A DNA stretch of 64,000 nt, taken from contig NC_042998.1 in the NCBI RefSeq assembly GCF_006345805.1, forward strand, positions 141,050,001-141,114,000. Direction: 5' to 3'. Below are positions 1 to 13,569 of this stretch, one piece after another. The first letter of the stretch is position 1; every line of letters starts with the position of its first letter. The DNA comes from Octopus sinensis (lineage: Eukaryota). A model generated the notes under the pieces. That model made no database searches, was not told where the DNA came from, and saw only the letters and a program-made list of their open reading frames with translations. A program made the position numbers and the translations under genes.

Positions 1-32
1 TATATATAATATATATATATATATATATAACA

Positions 33-413
33 TGCATACATGGGTACAGGACATCGCAAAACATAAACAACATGAAATACGAAATACGAAAACATGGAAT
101 ACGAAGACGAACATTTTTGTATGCGAACAAAGAATGAAACAAATGGAAAACAAGACAAGTAACATAAAGAACGACTCTTCATTAGTTTTTCGCTGTTTAT
201 CAACTCTGCATTTCGAGCAGTTGCTCATTTCGAATTGCTCGAACAGTGGAGTAGATAAACAGCCAACAAGTGATGAACGGTCGTTCTTTATGTTACTTGT
301 CTTGTTTTCCATTTGTCTCTTTCGTTTTTCGTATACAAAAGTTCGTCTTTGCATTGCATGTTTTCGTAATTCATGTTGTTTACATTTTGTGACGTCCTGT
401 ACCCATATATGCA
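33..413. mobile_element. Palindromic MITE-like element (two ~190-bp inverted arms, almost no spacer)
   Basis: Left end TGCATACATGGGTACAGGACATCGCAAAACATAAACAACATGAA matches the reverse complement of the right end (..TTCATGTTGTTTACATTTTGTGACGTCCTGTACCCATATATGCA); flanked by TA-rich sequence; a single arm recurs at ~35595-35772. Confidence 0.75.
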
Positions 414-488
414 TATATGTACATGTTAATGTAAGTATATACATATATTATTAATATGTTATATATATATATTATATATATATATTAT

Positions 489-555
<67 letters not shown>

Positions 556-1553
556 TATTATATTATTTATATTATTATATGTTTGAACGCCGTGTGCGCG
601 TCTGTGTGTGCATGTGTGCGTGATTGTGTGTGTGTGTCTGTGCTTATCCATCGCCTCTCGATTTTTTGTCAAGCTGTTATCCGTCTCTTAGTCTTTTCGT
701 GCCATTTGTGATATTTTTCTCCCTTATTTTACTACATCTTGTGCACGCACACACCAACACACACACACATACATATCCAAGACAATATTGTTTAAAATGA
801 TCTTTAGAAATTACTTGATTTATGTCTTTCTTAAATGGCTCTACCCTCCTGATCTTAGTATTTATAAGAGCCTTTATATTATATAACCCTTCTAAACAAG
901 TACCTCTAAGAAACTATAAATATCATGTAGGGAGCAACAATAATAACTTCTTAAACCTTTAATATAACCCTTATTTAAAAAAAATAGTGTAAAATATGAA
1001 TGTTCCATAATTTAAATATTCCTTTAGCTGATACCAGATATCAGTCTTTTATTGATATTAGCTAAATAAGTAAATATATAATATATTTTGAATTATTATA
1101 CATTTTCTATAAATCTTCTCTACTGGTGTTAATAAGCTACATTTACTTTATCATAGAGATACTGCTCCTTTCTTCTATCAGCCTTAGATTTACAAGGATT
1201 TGATAAATTAGTCTATAAATTAAAACTTACCCTTAAAAACAAAAAAAAAACAGTGAGAGGCAGACTCTGTAACAATGTATATCTTCTTGATACCTTAGTA
1301 GCTTCTATGCTGGAGTGAAGACAGCATATTCTTTGTCTATCTCCTTAACTTCTTGGAGATTTTAGATATAATTATACTAATGTGCTCATCCGTTCTAATT
1401 CAATTAAATTCTGTCTTTGTGTAGCTGTGGATTGCTCTGTATTTTAAATTGATGTAATGATTGCATTGTTCAATTAAATGGAGTTGCAGGAAACAATCGT
1501 ACTGCATTATCTCTGGATATCCTTGTTGATTATTTTGATTTTAATCACCTTAC

Positions 1554-1634
1554 TTTGAAATTGCATGGATAATACCGTACTAAATTCTGGTGCCTCAACT
1601 TGAATACCATATTCATAATTTTTGCTGAAGTCAT
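1554..1634 (-). CDS. Putative 81-nt phase 1-1 exon of unidentified host gene ([27 protein letters not shown])
   Basis: Minus strand tatag|ATGAC...CAAA|gtaagg; open frame, length divisible by 3, non-repetitive; acceptor tract is (TG)n rather than pyrimidine-rich; no recognisable homology. Confidence 0.3.
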
Positions 1635-1715
1635 CTATACACACACACACACACACGCGCACACATATGTATAGATATGTATATATATCTGTATGTATGT
1701 ATGTTTGCATGTATG

Positions 1716-1746
<31 letters not shown>

Positions 1747-1821
1747 TATATATATTATATATATATATATACATATACATACATATATACATACATATAT
1801 ATATATAGTATAATATATATA

Positions 1822-1854
<33 letters not shown>

Positions 1855-1904
1855 CATACATACATACATACATATATACATTATATATATATATCTATAC
1901 ATAC

Positions 1905-2268
1905 TCTTTACCTTGTTTCAGTCATTTGACTGCGGCCATGCTGGAGCACCGCCTTTAATCGAGCAACTCGACTCCGGGACTTATTCTTTTGTAAACCCGA
2001 TCTATCGGTCTCTTTTGCCGAACTGCTAAGTAACGGGGACATAAACACACCAGCATCGGTTGTCAAGCAATGCTAGCGGACAAAAACAGACACACAAATA
2101 CACACACGCATATATATATATATATATATTAAGGTATGTAGAAAAATACAACATGGACAAGAACGTATAACTCATAGAAGACGATACAATAAACATGGAC
2201 AGACATTCGACCCCTCAGTCTTCAGTCAAGAACCGGATCATCGTAGTAATTTCGGCTGATATATATAA

Positions 2269-2334
<66 letters not shown>

Positions 2335-2493
2335 GACGGGCTTCTTCAGTTTCCGTCTACCAAATCCACTCACAAGGCTTTGGTCGGCCCGAGGCTATAG
2401 TAGAGGACACTTGCCCAAGGTGCCACGCAGTGGGACTAAACCCGGAACCATGGGTTTGGTAGACAAGCTACTTACCACACAGCCACTCCTGCG

Positions 2494-2495
<2 letters not shown>
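1905..2495 (-). mobile_element. tRNA-derived SINE, family A (internal CA/TA microsatellite)
   Basis: Minus-strand head TGGCTGTGTGGTAAG..GGTTTAGTCCC (A/B-box-like); body GTCATTTGACTGCGGCCATGCTGGAGCACCGCC recurs at ~45525, 47275, 49793, 50810. Confidence 0.8.
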
Positions 2496-2536
<41 letters not shown>

Positions 2537-2564
2537 TAATATATTATATATATATATTATATAT

Positions 2565-2616
<52 letters not shown>

Positions 2617-2927
2617 TGCATATATGTATATTTGTATATATGTATATTGAGAAGTTACTGGAATCATTACAGTCTAGCTATATACATGTAGGAAGCTAGG
2701 AATGGCTGGATTCTTCGTATTGATCGCACAGTAAACTAAAGCGAATCTTAGTTGATATTATATTGTAAGTATCTACACACACACGCGCACGCACACACAC
2801 AGACAAAACATCTATCTATATATGTGAATATATACATGGACGTAGACATATATACACAGGTACCGAATCCAATATAAATCGTTGATCCAATCCAGGGCTG
2901 GCTCTAGTTGTGGTGGATGTATAAAAG

Positions 2928-3132
2928 GAGAACACAAGTGGGGTTCGAAATCCACAACAGTTTTTCGGCAGCATTTTATGGATGCATTCTTCGGTAGCTG
3001 CTGAACTGGTCATCTTCTGTTTCTACATTACCTGTTTATGCGTTTAAAATTTACCCGAGGTTGACGGGATTTTGTATCAACAAAATGCTGCCGAAACAGC
3101 TGTTGTGAATTTTGAACGGAACTTGTTTTCTC
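2928..3132. repeat. Inverted repeat (~50-bp arms, ~80% identical) with a hammerhead-like motif on each strand
   Basis: 2928-2977 reverse complement AAAATGCTGCCGAAAAACTGTTGTGGATTTCGAAC matches 3082-3132 AAAATGCTGCCGAAACAGCTGTTGTGAATTTTGAAC. Confidence 0.7.
3048..3111 (+). ncRNA. Degenerate type I hammerhead ribozyme
   Basis: Stem I AATTTAC/GTGAATT (7 bp), core CCGAGGT (2 deviations from CUGANGA), GAAAC-AGCT-GTT with palindromic stem III. Confidence 0.5.
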
Positions 3133-3208
3133 ATATATGCATGTATGTATATATATATTTATATATACCTATATACACACAAACACACGGCACAGAGACA
3201 CACACTAC

Positions 3209-3266
<58 letters not shown>

Positions 3267-3596
3267 ACACATATCTATATATATATATATATATATATTA
3301 TTCTTTAACAAGAATAGTATGGACAATAACTTAAAAATTTCGGCCATCATTGGGCTCTTACCACCTACTTACATTCTTTGAAGCCCTACATCTATATATA
3401 TATACATGCATGTACATACATACATACATACATACATACATACATACACACACACATATTTATGTGTATATGTATATATGTAAGTATCTATGTATGTATT
3501 CATGTATGTATAAATAAATATATATGTATACACACACATATGCTTATATTTGTATATATGTTTGTGTGCATATTTGTATGTATGTATGTATGTTTG

Positions 3597-3661
<65 letters not shown>

Positions 3662-3954
3662 TGTATGTGTGTGTGTGTGTGCATATTTGTATGTATGTAT
3701 TCATATGCACGTATGAAAATTAGTTCCAGCAGCCTGTGTATGTACTGGTATGTATGTTTATTTGTGCACACGTGTATGGGTGTAGGGACGGTTGGCAAGT
3801 GTTAGCTGTTGTGTTTTTAAAGAACCTTGCATCCTGAGCAAGAATTTGCAGCTGCATAAATTATTCGTTGTTGGATTTCAAATGCAGCGCGGAGGAAGCA
3901 AAGCAACAACGAAATAGCCGAAAAGAATGCTTAGTAATTAAATAATAAAAATAA

Positions 3955-4040
3955 TATTAATATAATCTAATAATAATAATAATAATATAATAATCTAATA
4001 ATAATAATAATAATAATAATAATGATAATAATTAATAATG

Positions 4041-4106
<66 letters not shown>
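3955..4106. repeat. (TAA)n microsatellite
   Basis: Direct reading. Confidence 0.95.
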
Positions 4107-4108
<2 letters not shown>

Positions 4109-4576
4109 AGCAACAGCAAAAGATAAAAGCGACTTTCCGACCGATGGGTCGGGGTGACATGATGTGTGGGTTGGGATGGGATGGGACGGGAAGTGTGGTT
4201 CGGTGTAGCGGCCGTAGCGGTGGCGGGGGATAATGGTAGAGGTGGTGAGAGGTAGATGAGTGATTAGTGAAAAGAAAAAGGAGAAAGCAAAGAAAAAAAA
4301 AGAAAAAGAAAAGGCCTTCTGTATGATTAGAGCGTTAAATGACTGCAGGAGTGGTAAAGTCTGTGAATTTTTTTTAATACAAAAGAAGCAAGATTACGAA
4401 AATAAAATAAAAGATATGTACACACACAACACACACACACACACAACACACACACACAACACACACCACACACACACACACACACACGCCACACACACAA
4501 CACACACACGCACACATACATGTACATGTGTATATCTATATCTCTATATATATGGAATCTATTCATATATCATACA

Positions 4577-4609
<33 letters not shown>

Positions 4610-4691
4610 CCATACTCATATATATCATACACCAAATATACACATATATATATATATATCATGCTCCATATATATCATATATATATCATAC

Positions 4692-4723
<32 letters not shown>

Positions 4724-5052
4724 TATATATATATATATTATAATCATATATATATATATATATATATACATATATGCATTGATATATATATATATATGCA
4801 TATATATATATATATATATATATGCATATATATATACATATACTATACATACATACATACATACTATATACATATACATATATATATATATATACCATAC
4901 ACGGTATACATACATTTGTACATACAAATTTACATATACGTACATATATGTATGGATATGTAGTTATATATAAACAAAAAGCGCAATTCATTTATGTTTT
5001 ATTTATTTAGTATATTTCCATATTTATTCCTTCATTTATTTATTATTCATTT

Positions 5053-5085
<33 letters not shown>

Positions 5086-5854
5086 GTTATTATTACAATT
5101 ATCATCATCATCTTTTTTTCTTTCTTTCATTTCTTTTTTTTTTTTTGTTGTTCCTCAAGATAAAGAAATTTGAACTCTGATCAAAAGAAACATGGAAAAG
5201 CGATCAAGATAGGGATTTATTTGAAGTTGCGAAAGTCTGATTCTGAAGTTGGCGCCTCCTGGCGGTCTCAAGCTTACATCAATGACGTTGTGTTATCTAA
5301 TACCGGGCTGCTGAGATATACAGAAAGAAGAAGGCTTACGACAAACGCCCACCTTCCAAAAGTCGATTGGCTAACCACTTTCAGTCCATAATTTACGCTA
5401 TCCCCTTCGTTAGTCGTCAAACACACACAAACACATGCGCGCACACGCACATCCATACACACAAACACTCAAAAAAGGGAATATTCTGTACCCCTTTTTT
5501 TTTTCAACCAAATATAAAACTGCTTATAGTTTATCATTTCTTGCCTTTTATCTTCACCCTTTCTCGTGCTTTTTCTGTTTCTCCACTGTCTCTCCTTTTT
5601 CTCTCTCGCTTCTTTGTCAATATTTTTGTATATACTAACACAATGTACCTTTGCTGTAAACCTGTCTCCTTTATCTCTATTTGTTTCGGGCCCTATTCCT
5701 CTATCTCCCAAATGCCACTCTATTTCTTCGTACCAGTCTATCTCTTACTCCCTTCTCCCCTTCTCCCTGTTATTATTTCTCTATCAATGTATCCATCTGT
5801 CTATCGTCGACTATAAAAAACGTTTACACACTCCTTAGTTATACTTCCATTTAC

Positions 5855-5985
5855 CTTTTCCACCTCTGTATACATTCGGAATTCTAAAATCCCATTGGAA
5901 TCACCTGGGCCTTTAATCTCAACGGTGTCGATAATATAAATACCGAAGAATTGCTTCAGAAGATCATATTGCTGCATCCCACCCA
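5855..5985 (-). CDS. Putative 131-nt phase 1-0 exon of unidentified host gene (xGGMQQYDLLKQFFGIYIIDTVEIKGPGDSNGILEFRMYTEVEK)
   Basis: Minus strand T-rich tract ...tttatttgttag|TGGGT...GAAAAG|gtaaat; only one frame open; balanced protein-like composition; not similar to any repeat in the window. Confidence 0.45.
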
Positions 5986-6044
5986 CTAACAAATAAATAT
6001 ATAAACAAAATAAAGATGGCCTATGTACCAACAACTCTTTCTAA

Positions 6045-6431
6045 TTTTAACACAAGGCCAGCAATTCTGAAGCGGGGTAGCTTGTCGATAACATCGATTT
6101 CGTACTTCACTGCTACTTTATTTCATTGACCGTGAGAGAGTAAAAAAGTAAAGTCGACCGTGGTGGAATTTAAACTCAGAACGTAAAGAGCTACAAGGAA
6201 TGCCTCCAAGCATTAAGCGATTCTGCCAGCCCGCCGCTTTTCGGTACTTCTACAATGGCATCTGTTAATTCTGAGTAAATGGAGACTCACAGAATCGTCA
6301 GAGCGTAGAACAAATTACCTTGCAGTATTTTCTCATCTTTTGAACGTACCCAGTTCAAATCCCACCGGGTTCAACTTTCCCTTTCATACTTTCGTGTCGA
6401 TAAGATAAAGTACCAGTCAAATACTGGGATG
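6045..6431. mobile_element. SINE family B fragments (AAGGCGGCGAGCTGGCAGAATCGTTAGC type)
   Basis: GAGTTCAAATTCCGCCGAGGTCGACTTTGCCTTTCATCC-like body; many other copies (~10505, 12680, 32198, 33840, 34425, 34735, 38388, 47995, 48228, 59690). Confidence 0.75.
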
Positions 6432-7121
6432 GGATCTTTACCTTTTGACCTACAAATTTGAAAAATAATTTCTTTGTAACTAAACACTTTCAAGCTTCGT
6501 ATACTGGTAGAATGTGTCATATAAAGCACCTTTTACTCTTAGCATGTTTGAGAAAAGTTTATGTTTAAAAAGTTATTTCGTGTTGAAGTTCTCGTATTTC
6601 GGTAATTTCAACCAATCAATGACGTGTATTCAGCTGAATAAAATTACTGCCGTTGTTTGTCAACAGCAACTATCAACGGTGCATTTTTCATTAGTCACTA
6701 TTATTTATGACATCGTTCATGCGTTTGTACTGGTTTTAGCTTTAAGGTTTTAGGGTTAGGGTTAGGGTTAGAGTTTTAGGCTTAGCGTTAGGGTTAGGGT
6801 TTTGGGGTTAGGGTTAGAGTTAGGGTTTTAGAGTTAGGATTGTAATAAATAACAGTGACAAACGAAATATATACTGCCGGAAGTTCTTGTTGACAAACAA
6901 CAGCAGTAATTTTATTCAGCTGAATACAAGTCATCGATTGGTTGAAATTACCGAAATACGGGAACTTCAACACGAAATAACGTTGTAAACATAAACTTTT
7001 CTCAAAAACGCTAAGAGTAAAAGATAATTTATATGATACATTTTACCAGTATACGAAGTTTGATAGTGTTTAGTTACAAAAAATGATTTTTTAAATCTGT
7101 AGGTCAAAAGGTAAAAGATCT
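6432..7121. mobile_element. MITE with ~235-bp TIRs, GGATC termini, 8-bp TSD and internal telomeric repeats
   Basis: TIR GGATCTTTACCTTTTGACC / GGTCAAAAGGTAAAAGATCT; TSD CTGGGATG at 6424-6431 and 7122-7129; inserted into a SINE. Confidence 0.9.
6742..6838 (+). repeat. Degenerate (TTAGGG)n array inside MITE
   Basis: TTAGGGTTAGGGTTAGGGTTAGAG... read directly. Confidence 0.9.
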
Positions 7122-7296
7122 CTGGGATGAATATGATCGCCAGTTCAGATAGCCCTAAAACTGAGTTGTTAAAGAGTCATTTGTAATTGTTTCCGACCTT
7201 TATATTCTGAGTTCAAATCCCGACATGATCAACTTTATCTTCAGTTCTTCTCGAATCGATAAATAACGTACTGGAATCAATTTATATTCCCCCTAT

Positions 7297-7371
<75 letters not shown>

Positions 7372-7977
7372 CAAACACACACACATATAGTTCAAATTTA
7401 TAGAAAATCAAAGACGATGACAGGTGTAGGAAACAACAAGTGTATTTGTTTAACGCTCGGGAAAAATGAATAGTCTTTTACGCTTCGAGTCTATGCTCTT
7501 CAACAAAATAGAGAGGGAATGAAAAAAAAACGTGTTGCGTTCAGTGGTTGAACATAGCGAATGATTGGGGAAAAAGAGGTTGAATGAAAGGGAGATAATA
7601 ATAATAAAGAGAGGCTGAACGAAGGGGAGACAATTCATGATGATCCTAACAAGAGGAGGTGCGAAAGCAGTACGTCCTTAAAATTTCGATCGCACCACAA
7701 GATCCTTTGAATAAACAGCTCATGGAATTTATGTCTCCACACTATTCATTTGTAATATGAAATCCTATCGGAATCTATATACCATGAACAAGAAGCATTT
7801 CTACCCATTCTACATAGCACTTTCCTTGGATAATGGAACTGCAACTGTAACATCCTACATATATTTTTACCTTTATTTTTGTTTTCTTATTTCCTTTTAT
7901 ACTTCCTATATATCCACCCTTTTTCAAAATAATTACTTATATTGAACTTTACTCTTTGGATCAATCTAGCGAGTTAG

Positions 7978-8050
7978 CCTGATATTTCTGCTAATGATGG
8001 ACAAACGTCCGAAACCTTAATATATATTCATATAATATATAGAAATCAGG
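7978..8050 (+). ncRNA. Hammerhead relic
   Basis: CTAATGA-T-GGAC-AAAC-GTCC-GAAAC; flanks CCTGAT..TTCTG / TAGAAATCAGG can pair; core G5 and stem III disrupted. Confidence 0.35.
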
Positions 8051-9646
8051 TATGATATCCAGTGCCTTATACACGAGTCTCATTAAAATGCCGAAAAGAG
8101 TTGCAGAAACATTATGCAATTTTGCAGTTTACCTCTTCGATATTCCACAATAATTACAACGACAGATGTTCAAAGCTCCAAATATATACACTTTTCTCGT
8201 TATACAATTTATAATTGCATTTATAGTATTTATCTACATTGAGAAGGTAAAGTGCAAGATTACATAATGTTTCTTCAATTGTAATGTTAATGACATTTTG
8301 CTAAAACGTGTATATCTATATATATATATGATAGAGTTTGTATTCGTGTGCGTGAGCGCGTGCGTGAGCGCGCGCGTACGCGTATGTTCCTTATGGATTC
8401 GAAAATTGAGTTGCCGATTTTTACGTATGAGGTATCAAAAGATTCAGTAATCTTCCGGCTAGCAAATAAAGTATGTTTTTTGCACAGCTCTTTTTTACTA
8501 TAAAAATAACCTCGAAATCGAGGTCGGGTCGCACAATTTTGAGATCTTTAGCTAAGGGAGGAAATTTTGCCTGAACAGTTTTCATGTCTTAGAGCCTAAT
8601 GATGAGAAAATGTTTAAAATACAAATTTCAAAGATATACCGTCAACTTCATTAGTATTATTTTGTAGATAATCTTTTAATGTGAAGTATATTTGTCTGTG
8701 TTTTGTTTAACCCAGAGTTGTTTCTAATGTAGCAGACCAATCGCATAGTTTATATATTTTTCTTCCTGAAATACTGTAAATCTTTCTTTAGATGAAAGGG
8801 TGCGTTTTATGAGAGATTTGACTGCTATTTCTAGTAGCTCAAGTTACCACAGAGACATCTTTGTGCGCGCGCGTGTGTGTGTGTGTGTGTGTATGTGCAT
8901 GCGTGCGTGTGTGCGTGCGCGAGTGTTTTGTTGTGTCAGAATATTTTGCACAATAATGTTTTAAGAAATCTAGACACCTTTCATACTGCTAGCCATTCAA
9001 CTTCAAATTACAATTATTAATTGTTGGAAGTCCAATAGACTGGGATGTACATATAGTGTTATCATATAGAGTGGAAGTTCAATATGAAGTTTTGAACTCA
9101 TTATCTTGTGGTTAGTAATCCATTATCTTAAATTTGAAGCCATTAAGTTTTTAAGCTTTATTTTACTGGGCTAAGTTTTTCTACTGTCGCTATGATGGGA
9201 TATCACCTTCAAAAATTTAATTGATCATACAGACCTCAGTACGTATTTCAGTCTGGCATTTATTTTATAGATCTCTGCTTGGTGAACTGCTAACTTTGAG
9301 ACAGCAGGACACAACACTCGATTTAACTACAAATGTAATCACACACACACACACACACACATATTAGGTGCAAAAATGACTGTATAGTTAAGAAGTGTGC
9401 TTTCCAACCACATCACTCCACGTTCAGTCCCTTTGCATGGTATCTTCGGCAAGTATTTTCTGCTATAGCCCTAGGACAACCACAGACTTGTGTCTGAATT
9501 TGGTAGACGGAAACTGCAGCGTTGTTCATCAGAAAATGGCCGAAAAACATGTTTATAAAGAAGAATTGTTTGCTTCATACTCCTCTTGTACCTATTCTGC
9601 CCATAAGAAAGGAAGAAATAATACAATGTGACTGTAGGTCATAACA

Positions 9647-9675
9647 CCCGGGCAACGCCAGGGTGCATTGCTAGT
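9647..9675 (+). mobile_element. Helitron-type 3' terminus (GC hairpin + CTAG)
   Basis: CCCGGGCAACGCCAGGGT followed by GCTAGT; the reverse-complement form occurs at 40757. Confidence 0.6.
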
Positions 9676-10879
9676 ATTCTATAAAGCATCGAATACCTAT
9701 CTTTTGTATATTAGTATTATTATTTCTATTATTTGGCTCGTATTCCGCAGACTAATCCGACCTGAGGATTATGGATATTGGAGCAGAGTGTGACACCCAC
9801 AACTGAATCAGATCTATGGTTTCGTGTTGCGTTTCACAGTGCCTTTTCACACAAACACACACACGCACAAGCACATACACATTTACATATATATCTTTGT
9901 GTCTTTCAGAATTAGTTACGCAGCACTGGGGTACCAACTACTGTGTCACATTTCTCTAAGAAATAGGGAACCATTGAGTAAAGAGCCGAGCAACCTCTTC
10001 TTATCTATCGTACTCCATACGGGTAAACCATCCAGGGAAAAATGCTAAAATAAAATCGGAGGCACAAGGGCTGGCGTGGACGTACGGATGTATTGTTATA
10101 AGGCTGCACCTCTTTACAGAAAGAATAATCCCTTTAGTTACCAGTGGTGGATCTTCGTCGACATATAATGAGGATTCAGTTGTTCGATCCACTGTCCCTG
10201 AATTAACGAGTAAGTGGCTGAGTATTCCACGGACACGTAACTTTCACATAATTCTCAGGCAGAATCAATGTGACACAACTTGTGACAAGACACTACCTTT
10301 TAAATTAAGGGTGCACTTCTTCCCAATGGGCTTTATTACAGTATCCTTGTACCCAATTACATTCAAAGGATTTGGGTTGACTCGAAGCTGTAGAAAATGA
10401 CGTTCTACCAAAATGCAATAGAACCGAACCCGGGTCTTCGTGATTGCGAAGGGAACTGCTTGACCATTCAGCCATACTGGACCAACACTCGTAAATAATA
10501 AACAAATAAAGACAAAACATGATATTGATTTCAAATTTTGGCACAAATCCAGTAATTTCGGGATAGGGGTAAGTCAATTACATCGATCGCTGTGTTCAAT
10601 TGGTACATATTTTATTGACCCCGAAGGAATTAAAGAATATCGACATCGGCGGAATTTGAACTCGAAACGTAAAGATAGACGAAATACCGCTGAGCATTTT
10701 GGTAAGAGGCGGGATGGTCCGCCCCGGGCGGCACTTTGGGTCTGCTGTAGGCAATATGTGTTTTTTCGTGAGGTTCGTGAGGTTCGGGAGCAGAAAGCGG
10801 AAGGGCCGCCCAGGGCGGCACACACTCTAGCTACGCTCATTGGATGGATGCAGATAATCAACAAAGCGGGGGTAAAGTA

Positions 10880-11352
10880 AAGGTGTGGTATGGGATTTGC
10901 CACAGTCAAGTACTTGGACCATTTTATATCAAGGGCTCTGAGGTGATTCGCATCTGGACATGCTTGGCAACAAGATGATGCCTCACGTGCAGTCACTTCA
11001 AAGGGGAAATCCTGTCTGGTTTCAGCAGGATGGAGCTCCACCACATTATGCATTACAGGTTCGTGATTTTCTGAATGAACATTTTCCAGATAGGTGGCTT
11101 GGGCGTCGCGGGCCAATTGAATGGGCGCCACGATCACCAGATTTAACTCCCAGGGACTTTTTCTTCTAGGGCTACATTAAATCCGTGGTGCATTCTGAAA
11201 AGGTTCGTGACCAAGGACTTCTTCAAAGAATTGGTGAAGCGTGTGAACAAGTCAACGGCAATGAAGAGCTATTTGAGAGGGTTCATCGCTGTTTCAAATT
11301 CCATATGAACACTTGTTTAGAGCTACATGGCCAACACTTCGAACATTTGTAA
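10880..11352 (+). pseudogene. Tc1/mariner-superfamily (maT/rosa-like) transposase C-terminal remnant
   Basis: WFQQDGAPPHY..VRDFLNEHFPDRWLGRRGPIEWAPRSPDLTPRDFFF then stop, continuing GYIKSVV..HGQHFEHL. Confidence 0.85.
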
Positions 11353-12679
11353 TGGATTACCTACTTCATTGCTAATAAAGCATAATTAATACCTCCCATG
11401 GTGCATGACTTTGTGGCCACCTGTATATATCAATTTACCAATCTATACTTAACTCATTATTTCATTGTCTCTTCATTCTCTCTCTCATCTTGTTTCTCAC
11501 TTTCGTTCAGTTTCTCTCTTTTTTTGCTTTTATTCATCTCTCTCTCTCTTTCTTTCTTTCTCCCTCTTCAACTGCTTATCACCTTTACTCTTACCAGTGT
11601 TCATGTGTACATCTGTGTTTTCATGTGAATGCTGAGCACGGCCATTTTAAGCGGCATTGTTGGTTGCTGAGCAAATAAATGCAGTAGGCCTTACAGTACT
11701 TATTTATTAGCAGCATGCCACTGCATACATAGATCCTAATTGAGTCTACAAACCTGAGAGGTACTCCGAGAGATCAATACACTAGTCCCATAGTATTTAT
11801 TGACAGCAAACCGCAGCATATACAGATCGTAAAGACAGATCCGTGAAGACATTGGACATTGGACATTGGACATTGCCCAGTGTACCTATGTCTTAAGACA
11901 GAACTAGATACAATACGGGAGTGTGTGTGTGATTATGTGGAAGTGTGTGAGTGTGGGAGTATGTGTATGAGTGTATGTGGGAGTGTGTGTGAGAGTGTCT
12001 GTGAATGTGTGTGATTGTGTGTGAGAGAATGTGTGGGAATGTGTGGGAATTGTGGGAGTATATATAGATGTAGGTGTGAGTGTGAGTGTGTGTGAGTTTT
12101 TCAGTGTGTGTGAGTGTGTGAGAGTGTGTGGAGTGTGTGAGAGAGCGTGTGTCAGTGTTTTGGGGGTATGTGACAGTGTGAGTCTGGGTGTGTGTGAGTA
12201 TGTATGAGTGTGTGAATGTATGAGGGAGTGTGTATGAGAGGGTGTGTGAATGTGTGTAGGAATGTGTATGAATGTGTGTGAGAGTGTGTCGGTGTGTGTA
12301 TATGTGTGTATATGTGTGTCTTCTCGCGCGTATCTGTATGTATGTGCGTGTATGTGCATATGTATGGTGGTGTTATTTTCTGAGCGACCCAAGTTTTGCG
12401 ACCCGATTTCAATCCCTGGTTCAGTTACCATAAATCTCTTACACCTTTACACTTACTATTTCAATAACTGTCGTCAATGGCCAGGAAAGAGAAGATTCAT
12501 CCTGAGATCAACTGGAGACCCTTACACGCCTCGTTCTACAAACTAGAAGTAGCAGTAAAAAAATCTCTTTCAAATTTCACTCAGTCATCTTTAAACAAAG
12601 TGAGCCCCATTAGATAATGTAGTCCCTTTATCTCTAAAATGACCAGATGATCATGGTTAGAATACCTATTTCTTTATTA

Positions 12680-12898
12680 CCCACAAGGGGCTAAACATAG
12701 AGGGGACAAACATGGACAGACATAGGTATTAAGTCAATTATATCGACCCCAGTGCTTAACTGGTACTTACTTTATCGACCCCGAAAGGATGAAAGGCAAA
12801 GTCGACCTCGGCGGAATTTGAACTCACAACGTAACGGCAGACGAAATACCGCTAAGCATTTCGCCCGGCGTGCTAACGTTTCTGCCAGCTCGCCGGCA
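12680..12898 (-). mobile_element. SINE family B
   Basis: Near-complete reverse-complement copy of the body at 34425-34650. Confidence 0.8.
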
Positions 12899-13569
12899 GG
12901 ATTGAACTGGACTAAACAATAAATGCAAAAACTATACCAAGAATAACAATCATCGATACAAGAAATAGCAACCAAATCTCCCCCAAATCACACGCTATTG
13001 TCTTTAAAAAATAAAGATATACTGGATAATGTAGTTCTGGTTAGGTTATGCCTAGCAAAAAAAATATTTCGATGGTTACAGCCAGAAACGTATCTACTTC
13101 TAAAGTTAAGGCGTGCGAGCACATAAAAAAAATGGCACCGTGAAACATACCAAACAGTTTTTCACTCATATCTCTTATATCACGCAAAATATTCCATTAG
13201 TTATACATAATTGTATTCTACAATTTCATTATGTATGAAACTTACAACTACTAACTGTTATAGGTATTACGTGAAAAAGATGAAACTCCACGGAAGTGTC
13301 CAGTGTCGAGAGGTTATGACGTCAGGGTTTGTTTTAGTTCTTCAGATGTCAGAGGCCACCAACACATAACAGGAGATTTCAGCAGACAGTTCAAAAACAC
13401 AGAATGTTGGTCAAATAAAGAATTGATTCCAGAAAGTTCTTCCAAAGCCAGTCGATTAACAGCACAAAAAGAGATTCAACTTTTATCGCACAATTAAACT
13501 AAAGATTTAAAATTTTGAAAAATGTGCTCGGTGGGTTGCGGTCTTTCCCCTTGCTCCCCTGTTGTGGAG

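Noticed and set aside
472-5010. Many ORFs rich in YI, HT, CV and MYVC repeats
   Set aside because: They are translations of (TA)n, (CA)n and (TACA)n microsatellites, which lack stop codons in most frames.
6742-6838. Interstitial telomere as a chromosome-fusion relic
   Set aside because: Single orientation and enclosed by TIRs and an exact TSD, so it is transposon cargo.
12450-12545. Minus-strand exon with strong gtaagt donor
   Set aside because: All frames are closed with either acceptor.
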